The position numbers were made by a program, and so were the translations under genes. A stretch of 64,000 bases of DNA, counting the filler, from Diploschistes diacapsis (lineage: Eukaryota): assembly GCA_023645945.1 (NCBI GenBank). It is 30 parts of 30 records of this genome, joined end to end, with 100 filler letters (N's around TTAATTAATTAA, not from the genome) between each part and the next. Parts side by side here need not be neighbours in the genome. Positions count along the whole stretch, not along the records: positions 10,431 to 11,818 come from JALAIB010003188.1; positions 11,919 to 13,305 come from JALAIB010003189.1; positions 13,406 to 34,399 come from JALAIB010000319.1; 27 more parts are not named here. One strand, 5' to 3'. The notes beneath the pieces were generated by a model, which saw nothing but the letters and a program-made list of their open reading frames with translations, was not told the origin of the DNA and made no database searches. Shown in pieces: positions 11,010 to 22,200 of this stretch; positions within the stretch are counted from its first letter, which is position 1; the number at the start of each line of letters is the position of its first letter.

Positions 11010-11475
11010 TAGGCTGGCTGTCACTGACACTGACACTGACAGTGTCAGTGTCAGTGTTTTAGATTTTTTAGCTGCAGTGTCCGTGTCAGTGTCAATATTT
11101 TAAATTTTTTAATTGCAATGTCCGTGTCCGTGCTTTTACTGCAGTGCAATATCCGTGTCAGTGTCCGTGCCGAGAAATTTTTTACTACGGTGTCCGTATC
11201 CGTACATTCACCGAAACACATTTAAATATTTTTTTAATTTTAATAATTCTAGAATTATCACGCCTATTTTTCACGCTTTTATTTTTTTAAAAACATTATA
11301 CTGCGGTGTTTCGATGGATTTATCGTAATATTTCGATATATTTATTATAATATAATATCCGTGTTAATATCCGTGTTTTAAAATTTTAGCTGTAGTGTCC
11401 GTGTCAGTGTCCGTTTTGTAAAAATTTTCGCTACAGTGTCCGTGTCAGTGACCGTGGCACGAAACGGCCAGCCTA
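11010..11475. mobile_element. hAT-type non-autonomous element copy, followed by further family sequence to 11818
   Basis: TAGGCTGGCTGTCAC...ACGGCCAGCCTA termini and GTGTCCGTGT arrays. Confidence 0.8.
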
Positions 11476-13077
11476 ATACGGACACTAACACGGATATTAT
11501 ATTATAATAAAAACACGAATACGAATATCGTAATAAAAAATTTCTCGACACGGACACTAATACGAACATTATAATTATAAGAATATCACTGAAACACCGC
11601 GGTATAATTTTTTTAAAAAAATAAAAGCGTAAGAAATAGACGTAATAATTCTGAAAATGTTTAAAAAAAAGTATCTAAAAAGTATTTGGATAAATACAAG
11701 AATACGGATATTATAATAAAAAATTTCTCGACACGAATATTAATATAAATATTATATTATAATAAAAACACGAATACGGATACCGTAACAAAAATTTTCT
11801 CGACACGAACATTAACATNNNNNNNNNNNNNNNNNNNNNNNNNNNNNNNNNNNNNNNNNNNNTTAATTAATTAANNNNNNNNNNNNNNNNNNNNNNNNNN
11901 NNNNNNNNNNNNNNNNNNGTAAATTATGATACCCTGGGAGTTAATGGAGTCGAGATAAAGACTATAGCAGGTGGAGACCGGGGAAGAGGGAGGTTTCTCT
12001 TGCTTTCACGGCCCCCCACCGCATGCTGCCTCGTTCATGTATAATCTCCAGAAGGTGTCTTCCTCCTGCACCTACTCACCGCGCCCTCTCGAGCAAATCG
12101 TCTTTACGATCTCATCAATATCTTTCCCCCTTCGTAGTGAAACACCCGATCGTGCATGGTTTGGGAAGTATGTTTTTTTTCCCACATAACATTTAGATTA
12201 CTGGTCCGGCAACCCGCGCTTTATGATGTGAATCGCCAAACCAGTTCGAGCGCGAAATGAATAAGATATTCTCTCACTCTACGTACATTGCCTCACCCAT
12301 CGACATTTTCTTTTTGCACAGGGTGTGGGGGTTGATCATCGTGACGAGATCTCACAAAGATGTTTTTTTTTACCCAAGAGGAAGAAGGGGGTGTAGTGTG
12401 GGAGGGGAGGTTTGTTGTGGAAGGAATCTAAATCGATATACGAAAATACAACGATAAAGAGAAAGAAGTTCGTTATAAATATAGCCCCCCCCGGGAAAAA
12501 GACAGCGGTTATTATAACCGTCAATCCCAATAGATTATAGACCGTTAAGCTTAATTGCCTCGACAATAAACAACGCTACTTAAATTCATTGTATATATCT
12601 TATAGAAATTAAAAAGCACCTACATCTTTCCAGCCCAGATTTACAATCTTTTGGAAGATTCTTTTATATTCTATATGGCCGCTTTCTCCCACCCGACTTT
12701 CTATCGCGTTGCAACAAAAAAAACCCTTGAAAATTTAAAATATTAACCTTTTGCTTGCTTGCTCTTCAGCTACTACCTTTACTACGGGGCATGATTAATT
12801 TTCCCCGCCGTATATTATACGTGTTATACGCGATTTTTATATATACTACCAAGATAAACGATCTGAATAAACCGGCACCTCCAATCACCTCCAATCCAAA
12901 ATTATCTTTTTCCCTCCCCCCTTTTTTTTCGAGGAGCAAAAAAAAAAAAAACACCGATCAATATTGTAACAGCGGGGGTTAGTGCCTAATAGGTAGCAAC
13001 TATCCCACTGAGCCAAAAGACTAACCACAATGCTTTCAGGAACCCCGATGCATTGTTTCCCTATTACACTATATGTA

Positions 13078-13305
13078 CAGTCACGTGCCAAAAGTAGTTA
13101 GGTATCAAATAAACAAATACCACCTACCAACTTTATTGAGCCATTGCGCACTTAATAAAGCTTTAATGAATGCGTAAAGTAAATCATTTTAAAGTTCTTA
13201 AATAGTAGATTATATTAATATTTAGTTTGTCATTCTTGCGCGTCGATATAAGTCTTTATTCGCTTCGGTATAAAATGCATTAATCTAGCAGGTAAATCCT
13301 ATTCC
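13078..13305 (+). mobile_element. Tc1/mariner-type terminus related to the MITE at 61869-62322
   Basis: TA followed by CAGTCACGTGCCAAAAGTAGTTAGG, matching the MITE TIR. Confidence 0.65.
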
Positions 13306-13806
13306 NNNNNNNNNNNNNNNNNNNNNNNNNNNNNNNNNNNNNNNNNNNNTTAATTAATTAANNNNNNNNNNNNNNNNNNNNNNNNNNNNNNNNNNNNNNN
13401 NNNNNCCCACAAACAAAAAGAGGCAACATCATGATTGACGCTCAAACCCATAGTTTCCGTCCAGCTAGCCAGTTTTGGGCCTTGGATTGTGTTCCCCGAA
13501 CGCCTCGCTCGTATTACTAGCTCAACTAACCACAAAGTCGTGAACCGCCTAATACAGTAAGTAGGTGGTAGGTAGGCAGCCAGTCCGCAAGGGAAAATCG
13601 GAGCACTTCCAATCCCTCAATACCACCGCCCAGTCCCAGTCCCAATTCCCCCCGTCCCGCCTTTTTCTTCAGGCTTTGCCGTATGTCCAACACGCCTCGG
13701 AAATGCGAAAAAAAAAAATTGGAGCTAACAACGATGGGGAGAACGAAAATCCAAAACAGCTTCTCAAACGCCTGCTTCATGTAGTGTTGGGCTTTCAAAA
13801 AAAACG

Positions 13807-16800
13807 TCATTGCGAGAGTGGTGAGACGTCGTCCTTACGGAGGTCATCCAAAGGCGTAGTCCGTGCCGTCGTGCCGGCAAACTTCGACTCGCGCGTAACC
13901 TCGGAGGAGCCGCTAGGCGTGCGCTCGCTGCCATTCACCGCTCCATCCATGGTTGTAGCACCGTCCAATAAGGAACTCATTTGGACCGGTGGCGGACTCT
14001 CGGGCTCCTCGGACTCCGGGATCGTGGTGCAGCATCGCTTCAGGACTTGCTTCAGCGCAGGCCGCCTGATCGGCTTGGGCAGAAAGAAGTCCATGCCGGA
14101 GTCCATGCATTCTTGTACGTTGCTCTCCTCCGCGAAGGCCGTGAGGGCGACGATAGGCGCGGAGAAGCCCATGCCGCGGATGAGGCGGGTGGACTGCAGG
14201 CCGTCGAGGTTCGGCATCTGCACGTCCATGAAGATGAGGCTGAAGAGCTTCTTCGTCTCCATCGACTCCTTGACCATATCGTACGCTTCCTGCCCGTCCT
14301 TGGCAACGGTTACATCGTAGATGTCCTCCAGCTTCAGCATCCGCAGCACAACTTCCTGGTTCACCTTGTTGTCCTCCGCGACGAGCACCCTGACTTTCGC
14401 ATCGCTCGACGCCGCCTGAGCTTTGACGCGCTCAATGGCTTCCAGTTGACCCTTTTCGGTTCCTAGCGGTGGGCTTGTTGCAAAGAAAGGTTGGCTCAGA
14501 CCAACGAGTCGAGGCTTGGCTGCCACCGGGCTGTCGAGAACCGCTCTCGCCGGAGGAGAGCTGGGCTGAACGGAAGGGGCAGAGAGTTCGGAGTCGGAAA
14601 GTCTCTCGTGGGGGGACTTGATCGCGTCATCCATTCCCCCGTATATACTTCCTCGGAGGGAACCTTGGTAGCTAGAACTCCTTGCACTTTCTGCGCGCTC
14701 TTTGACGAAGCTATAGCACGTTAGTAAGCGGGGCCTAGTTTAAAGCGCAATTGCTCACCGTAAGGGTATCTGCATCGAGAAGACGCTCCCCTCGCCCTCT
14801 ACGCTGCGCAAAGACATCCTGCCTTTCATCAAACCGGCGAGCTGTGCACATATACTCAAGCCCAAGCCGGTACCTCCGTACTTCTTGCTTAGCCCAAGAT
14901 CTCCCTGGACAAATGGCTCAAAGATTTTCTGTTGTTGAGCCGGCGGAATCCCGGGTCCCGTGTCCTCTATATCAAAGTCAAATATTAGTATCCTGGCATT
15001 GATGGGCACAGGCGACGAGGACCGCTCTCTAGAGGCCATTGGAGACTGCAGCGACTTTGGCTCCCGGCTATTGATCTCCAAAGCCGTATGTATGTTCTTC
15101 TTTTCATCATTAGCCTTGTGTGAGGTCGCTCCCACAGAAGAATGGGAGCTCAACGCAGACGAGGAGCCCCTTCTCCGAAACCTTGACGACAATCTTGAGG
15201 AATCTCTCGAGCCTTTGGTCTTGCTAGTTTCCTTCGACTTCTTCGAGTTTGTCGAGTCCTTGCGAGCGGCCATGATGGGTTCTGGCTCAGTCTCGCCCAG
15301 GCATTTGATTCGTACAGTGACGCTCCCGCCAGGCGGCGTGAATTTTAAGCTGTTGCTCACAAGATTAATGACAACCTGTAGGATTCGATGCTGGTCACCC
15401 CAGAGCCACATGTCCCTGACTCTGCCGGTGCCAAACGGCCCGTAGCCTGGCTGCGCTGGTGTTCCCGAGGCCGTCTCGAGACTGTAATTTGGACCTTCAA
15501 ACACCACATCCAGGGATATCGAACCCTCTTCGGCTTGTTTGTCAAAAATGGAAAGAACCTGTGAGCTTATATCAGCCAGGCGAAACTCTTTCTCGTCCAG
15601 GGTAAGATGCTGGCCAATTTGGTTCTTGCTAAATGTCAGGAGATCCGTGAGAAGGTTGAGCAGGAGATCTCCGCTCTTGTAGATGATGCCAAGCGATCTT
15701 TTGATCCTTTGTGGATCGTCTTCGGACATTGAGACCGCGCACATTCCCATTATGCCATTCAGTGGCGTTTTTAGCTCGTGGGAGATGTTAGCAATGAAAA
15801 GAGTCTTTGACTCATTTGCGGCCTCTGCTGCCTTTTTGCTGAGCTCCAGTTCAACCGTTCGCTCCTTCACCCTCTCTTCCAGCCTCCCATACTGCATCAT
15901 CAATTCTTCGGCCATGTCGTTGAAAGTTCTTGACAAATCAGTCAGCTCATCGGTAACGACATGTTTGCGGTCCTTGACTTTGCCGGGGATTCGGAACTTT
16001 CGTTCTACGGGCGGCGGCGGCGGCGTAAGAGTTTTCAACTTCCCCCTGGCCTTCTTCAGTGTCATCCTCCTATTCCTAGTAATGAAACCCTCTTTCTTGG
16101 CTACTTCAGTCTGATTTTCTTCGTCCGCGGTATTGACGGGACCCGAGGTAAAACTGCCGATAGAGTTTCGCTCACTCGTTTCGTCACGCTCAGAAAAACT
16201 ATAAGGATCTACCGTCTTCAAAGTTGCCGCACGCAGGTCCCGGATCGGCCGAACCGAGTAATGCGCCAAGGGGAATATAAACAGCACGATAACCCCTATT
16301 GTCCCGAAAATGCATGCCAGAAGCACGTTTCTAAGGTTGATGATCGGTTCATAGACTTCGTCAAAAGCCTGCTCGACTATAACAGCCCAGTCGGCCATGG
16401 CCGTGTCAACTAGTGCGTATCCGACCGAAACATGATCTCCTTCTTCATTGTACGTATCGAGGTTGCTACCTGCATTTCCTTGGTCATGCTGATTGCTAGA
16501 GAAGACGGACTGCACCGCTGAGTATTGGGAAAAGGTAAAGGTGTAATCGGTCTTCGGATATTGCGCCGAAGCATGGCGGGCGCTCCTGGAATCGTTCACC
16601 GTTGGCGGAGTAATGAAGTGGACCTTTTGCCTTCCAAGAAGATCACTGCCCTCTTGGTTCGGATCGTCAAACGCTACGCCTTGCGGTAGTCGATTAATTG
16701 GTGAGTCCGGTCCAACGATCAAATTCACACCGGTATTTCCGAGGCCGAGAGAGGAGTTTTGAATAGAATAAATAGGATCGGAAGTGAACACCACCGTGAG

Positions 16801-17652
16801 CCAACCAACAACCTGCACTAGCGCACTGTTGTTGAGAATCGGAACGGTTATTGACAAAAGTGAGAAGGTGCTATTGATCTGCCACGGCCCAACAACTAGA
16901 GGTGCCGAATCATTCACTGCGGCATCGAAGAAAGTTCCCGTTGTTAGATTGAGAGTACTGTTCACACTCTGCGAGGTGAGGTTAAGATGGGGATATAATG
17001 GAGCTGGGTAACCCCCATCACCCTGATCGCCCAGCAACACGACGGATCCGTTGGGATGTGTTTGGGGGAGCTCGATGGGAACTGTGAAGTTGCTGGTTAC
17101 GTTCATGACCGAGTGCGCTCCAGCTGGGCCACTTGTATCCGGGCCGTAGACTTGACATTGCACAAGATACTGCCCACTTCCTCCAGTGCCCAAGCCAACC
17201 TGTAGGTCACTTATCGCCTTAACCCAATTCTGAGCGGTATTGTTGGAGTCCTGGTTGTATCTTCCCAAAGCGAATTGGAGGGAGATTCGGGATGCAAGGT
17301 GTTCGGCAGTGCTCTCAACTAGGAGGAGGTTGGTTGCTAGTTGTTGTGCATATAGTGTTGCTGCGAGGCTTAAGCTTGAAGAGCTAGAAGACCCAAGTTA
17401 GAGCATTCCCCGTGAGTGAAAATGAAGTGCGCACCTAACGCTGGTCACAAAGTTTGTATTGGTGATCCACTGCAGTTTTTCAGTAATGAGAATTGGGGTC
17501 TCGAAACGCTCCATGACTAACCACCGCCACAGAGATGACAGCGACGCAAACCAAACAGCAAAATAGCACCAACAGTCCGAATTGCTCCCTGGCAGAGCAT
17601 CAGCCGATTCGATAGGAGGGACCGTGCGAGCGTACCTGATTGCAATGCGCAT
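13807..17652 (-). CDS. SLN1: Membrane-bound hybrid sensor histidine kinase/response regulator, fungal group VI (Sln1/TcsB type), ~1215 aa, 5 exons
   Basis: Predicted join complement(13807-14710, 14759-17383, 17435-17469, 17522-17588, 17636-17652), with GT-AG introns of 48, 51, 52 and 47 nt and the frame preserved (3648 nt). N-terminus [17 protein letters not shown] (TM1); TM2 [21 protein letters not shown]-box [17 protein letters not shown]-box [11 protein letters not shown]1 DTGPGI; G2 [10 protein letters not shown]; receiver VLVAEDN...FMDVQMP...PKP. Confidence 0.93.
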
Positions 17653-18434
17653 CTTCGCTGATGCTAACTTCCACTCACACAGATACTACGAATGCCGTCC
17701 TTGTCATGGCAAGTAGGAGGGGGTCCGGCAAGAGACACCGGCAGGTTCCCTGAAGGTCACGGGAATTTCGCCGCCGACTAAACCCTTTCTGCTCTCCCAT
17801 TAACCAAGCGCGGCAACTTGTATACAAGAAGTGTCACGAGAATAAGAAAGAGCAAGGAGCGTAAATGGGCACAAGTCGGAGGAGAGACGAACCAGAAGGG
17901 CAGAGAGGATTATTGTGGAAGAAGCTGCATAGAATGTGTGTGAAAACCACCTTATACTGGATGAAACCTAGGAACACAGCTTGTTGGCAAAGCTGTTCGG
18001 GACCCCCCCCCCTGGCACTGGTCTTGGCAAAAAGCGCTGCAGTGGCCCTCTGTGGTACAGAAGTGTAGATACAACTATCTTTGATAATAAGTTCGGGGAA
18101 GATTGAACGCGAGGGAGGCTAAACTGCATGGCTTGCATGCAAGATGTTCTGCGCAGACCTGGACTCAACGCTAACACAGAGTCCTTTGGTTGAGGAAAGC
18201 TTGTGTAGCAAAGGCAGCCCGATTGGTTGTCAAGAGTATTTTGGAAACCCCGCTGCTTGGGAAGGAGGTAGTGCTGCTGTCCTTTGAGGCTCTGAAAGTC
18301 CTCAACGAATGCTGTCCCAAATCCCAAATGGATAAATAAGCTCTATCTGATACATCCATCCTCAAAGACCGGTATGTAAGCACGTACAAGTACTTATCAC
18401 AAATACCAAAAGTATTGGGTCTGCGGGGCAGTGT

Positions 18435-18871
18435 TACTGACAGATCCGTACTGACAGATCCGGACCTGAATGGTGGGTTTGCATTCGTCCCCACGGGTGG
18501 GCAAAAAACTGGCCCCAAACTGCTGATACGATACACCTGGGGCGGGAACAAATTATTTGAGGGCCAAAGCGGGCGTAGCTTGGATTCAGATTCCAGATCT
18601 GTCGTAACACTACTGCGGGGACAGTTATAGTTCCAGGCCCGATATGTAGTAGGAAGGCATTTTGACTCCGGGAGTAGGTAAACTGCGCCGCTCTTTCAGC
18701 GCATATAGCGTGTCTGCCAAGCCGTTTAGCTCATATCCAGTTCCCACAGTAATTTGTATGCAGTAATTTGTATGCATTACATATACGAGCCACAGCTGAC
18801 ACTATCGCAAGAAAGGTTATCTAGCTATTGATGATCTAGATAGCCTGAAAAGCGACATACAAATTTGTATG
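18435..18871. repeat. Short tandem duplications and a palindrome in the divergent HK/DHODH intergenic region
   Basis: TACTGACAGATCCG x2 (18435-18462), CAGTAATTTGTATG x2 (18747-18774) and a perfect palindrome CATACAAATTTGTATG (18856-18871). Confidence 0.8.
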
Positions 18872-19325
18872 GGACCCAACTATCTCTCCCTTTCCTGGGT
18901 TTTGCTGATAGTCAGCCTTGGCTAAGTCATTCTTGCCTGTCAACTTCTTTCCCTCACCACCTCATACTGGGAGTTTTAGCACTCTAGGTACTAGGTTGAG
19001 CGCGGCTGGCGCGTCTTTGTCGCGTTTCCTTCAATGAGAAGATTGTCCCGAAGGAGTTTAGCGGCTAAATTCTCGTTTCGGGGAAAACCTCTCAAAGCTT
19101 GCTGCTTTAAGAGCCGCTCCCAGCTCCCACTAGTACTTGCTACTCTTTTGAGTCGTACTATCGAGGCCTGTTCGTGTATGGAACACTCTTGGCATTGAAT
19201 ATACAAAACAGGATTTTGAGCAGCTCTAAGCATTGAAAAGTACAGTTGGTGGTCCTATATTTATTACCTGATGAGAAGCCGAACAACAAGTCGCATCTGA
19301 AGCAAAAAAAATTAAGATTGCTACA

Positions 19326-21207
19326 ATGATGCGTGGCCTAAGAGCAATCCCCACATCGGCAATATACAATCATTGTCGGCCACCATCCCTAAATTGTTCC
19401 AATACATCATTTCGTTGCGGCTTGGAAAAGTCGAAGTTAGGCTCTCGTGCTTACGCAACTGCTGCACCGTCACGGTTATATTCTCGAACCCGGAACATTC
19501 TTGCTGTCACCTTGGCTACTTTAGGGCTCTGTCTGAGCTACTTCTACGTTACTGACACGCGAGCTAGCATACATAGATGGCTAGCCGTACCTCTGATACG
19601 CGTGATATGGCCTGATGCGGAGGATGCACACGAGGTGGGCACTCATAGCTTGAAAGCTCTTTATCGGTTCGGGCTATACCCTCGAGAACGTGGTCGTATG
19701 GACCGCTCCGGAGATCTGCAAACCGACGTCTTTGGTTACACATTAGACAATCCGCTTGGAATCTCATCAGGTCTCGATAAGCATGCAGACGTACCCACGC
19801 CGCTGTTGGCGCTTGGCCCGGCCGTGGTTGAGATTGGTGAGTTCTTTGCAGCTTTCTCAAATGCTTATCTGAAATTTCTGAGGGGGTGTCACGCCACACC
19901 CTCAAAAAGGGAATCCAAAGCCCAGAGTTTTCCGAGTAGAGTCCCAACAGGCTCTCATTAACAGGTATGGATTGAACTCCTTGGGCGCAGAAATGGTTGC
20001 CGCTCGGCTACAGCAGAGAGTGAGAGAGTACGCATATGAAAACGGCTACGGCATTGACGAGGCAGCCGAGCGGTTTGTTCTAGATGGAGATGCCGGTGTT
20101 CCCCCTGGATCACTAGTCAAGGGAAAGCTGCTAGCTGTTCAAGTTGCGAAGCAGGGGACAACGCCTGACGGAGACATTGATGCTGTCCGAGAAGATTATG
20201 TTTTTGCCACAAAAGCCCTTGCCAGATACGCCGACATCATTGTCGTTAACGTTTCATGTAAGTCTTAATGGCTCGTGCAATGCTTGCAATTGGCCATTGC
20301 AGTTCCTAATTAGACAGGCCCGAACGCTCCCGGGTATCGCGAACTTCAGAAGACAAAGTCTCTTACCAATATAATGACTGGCGTCGTTGCTGTTGCAAAG
20401 CAGACGGATCGCAAGGTCAGGCCCATCGTGATGGTGAAGGTGAGCCCAGATCAGAATACGGAAGAGGAAGTAACGAGTATTTGTGCGGCCGTTTGGGCCA
20501 CTGGCGTTGACGGGTAATATTTTATGTGAAGCAGGTGATAGAGTGTAGCATAAGTTCTAACTCTTGAATAGCGTCATTACCGGCAACACGACGTTGCGTA
20601 GGCCATCTCCCCTGCTCATAGGGAAAGGGCTATCGAGAAGAGAGGCTGCGGTTATGTCAGAAAGAGGGGGGTATTCGGGCCCGCAGATGTTTGAGAGGAC
20701 GCTAGATCTCGTGCGAAAGTATCGGCGAATATTGGATCAAGGCGCTTCTCTGCACGCGGCGGGAACCCAAGGCGAGACCAAGAGCAAAGCCGACGCATCC
20801 GTGAAGCACGACGAGAAATTTTTGAAGAATTCGGAAGAAGACGCTTCTGCCCAGCCGCTCATCCGATTTCCTGAGCGACATTCCTCCAACAAGGATATCT
20901 CTAAGCTGGGCGAAGCGTCAACTCTGTCTGCTTCTCACCATGTGGAACAAGGGCCTGAGCAAAAAGTGATTTTCTGCACAGGTTCCATCACTAGCGGACA
21001 TCAGGCGCTCCAGGTGTTAGCCGCGGGCGCCTCGGTAGCGCAGATCTATACGGGTCAGATTGTCCGTACGGGTCAAATTTGTATTGCTAACGTTTGATAG
21101 CCATGGTCTACGGTGGAGTAGGGCACATTACGCGGATGAAGAAAGAAATGCGCGAAGAATTGAGAGAGTCCCTGAAAGCGGAGGTTCTCAATGGCAAAGA
21201 AACATGA
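19326..21207 (+). CDS. URA9: Dihydroorotate dehydrogenase (quinone), mitochondrial class 2, ~556 aa, 5 exons
   Basis: Predicted join(19326-19836, 19883-20257, 20318-20513, 20572-21053, 21101-21207), 1671 nt in frame. Arg/Ser-rich presequence and TM anchor; [87 protein letters not shown]. Confidence 0.95.
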
Positions 21208-22200
21208 GATGTGTGATTTTGTAAAAGTAGGTGCCGCAAGTTGTGCGAAATCTGGCAAGGAAGTAAGTAGTTACTGGGTAGCTATATCAAACCCTTGTTA
21301 AAGATGATGATTACTTTGTTTCACCATGAAAGGGGAAAGAGAGATTGATAAAGCAGCTAGCAAACTTAATTCTCCTACTATATGTAGGACTGTACGGGGA
21401 TCCGCGTTGTCAGTCTTTTGAGACGCGACGTTAAAGAACAGCCACACGCTACTAGGGAAAGATGCCCCAGCCACCAAAACGGCCTGTCGATCTCACACCC
21501 GTACAACAACACACCGTGTTCTGCTCTGCCGTGTTTCTCTACATTTTGTTTATCGACGCCTTCACGCGAAGTGATTGATTGGTTTGCCAGCGCATTCTAT
21601 CGAAACATCTGCAGGCCTTCCCAGCCTTCAGCCTTCTCAACGACGCCAAATCCTTTTCAGGTAGGCTCAGGCCAATTGATAGGCCTTCCACGAGAGCTCA
21701 CAGCTCTTTCTGACCGCGTTTTCGTGATTTCCTAATTCGGTCTCCACTTTCCCTGCATCTCCTATATCTTCTGTATCTTTCTATGTCTCGAGGGGAACGG
21801 GGATGGGTCAGGGTCAGGAACAGACCCTGAATCTCAAGCACAAAGCGGATGTTTACTAACACGCGAGTGTTCTAATGGTGGCTAGATGGGATGTTCAGAC
21901 GCGCTGCTGATGGTAAACCCATATGTTTCTGGGGTTGCCTCACGTTCCTGAGGCTATCCTTTTTCATTTTAACCTACCCAAGGACATGTATCGTTGAAAA
22001 TTGATCGACCTAATGTTAAGTATTGAAATGACAATTGCGGCATCTACGAAGCTGTATTTACGATTCCAATCTATCAGCCATTTGCGCAAACATCTAGATA
22101 GCACATTTCCAACGGACCGAGGCAACCATAGTGTAGGAGCACTAAGCGTTCGAGGAGAAGGAGGCGCACCTAGCAAAAATTGCTCTGAGTCATTCCAACA

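Noticed and set aside
11919..13305. Mitochondrial DNA or NUMT origin for the AT-rich contigs
   Set aside because: No mitochondrial gene, rRNA or tRNA motif was recognised. Most AT-rich contigs are explained by RIP-mutated TEs, and this one ends in a Tc1-type terminus.
13350..13535. ORFs containing X residues (also 35935-36150)
   Set aside because: They run into the N spacer and are artefacts.
13565..16413. Plus-strand ORFs antisense to the histidine kinase
   Set aside because: These are shadow ORFs of a GC-rich coding strand with no independent motifs.
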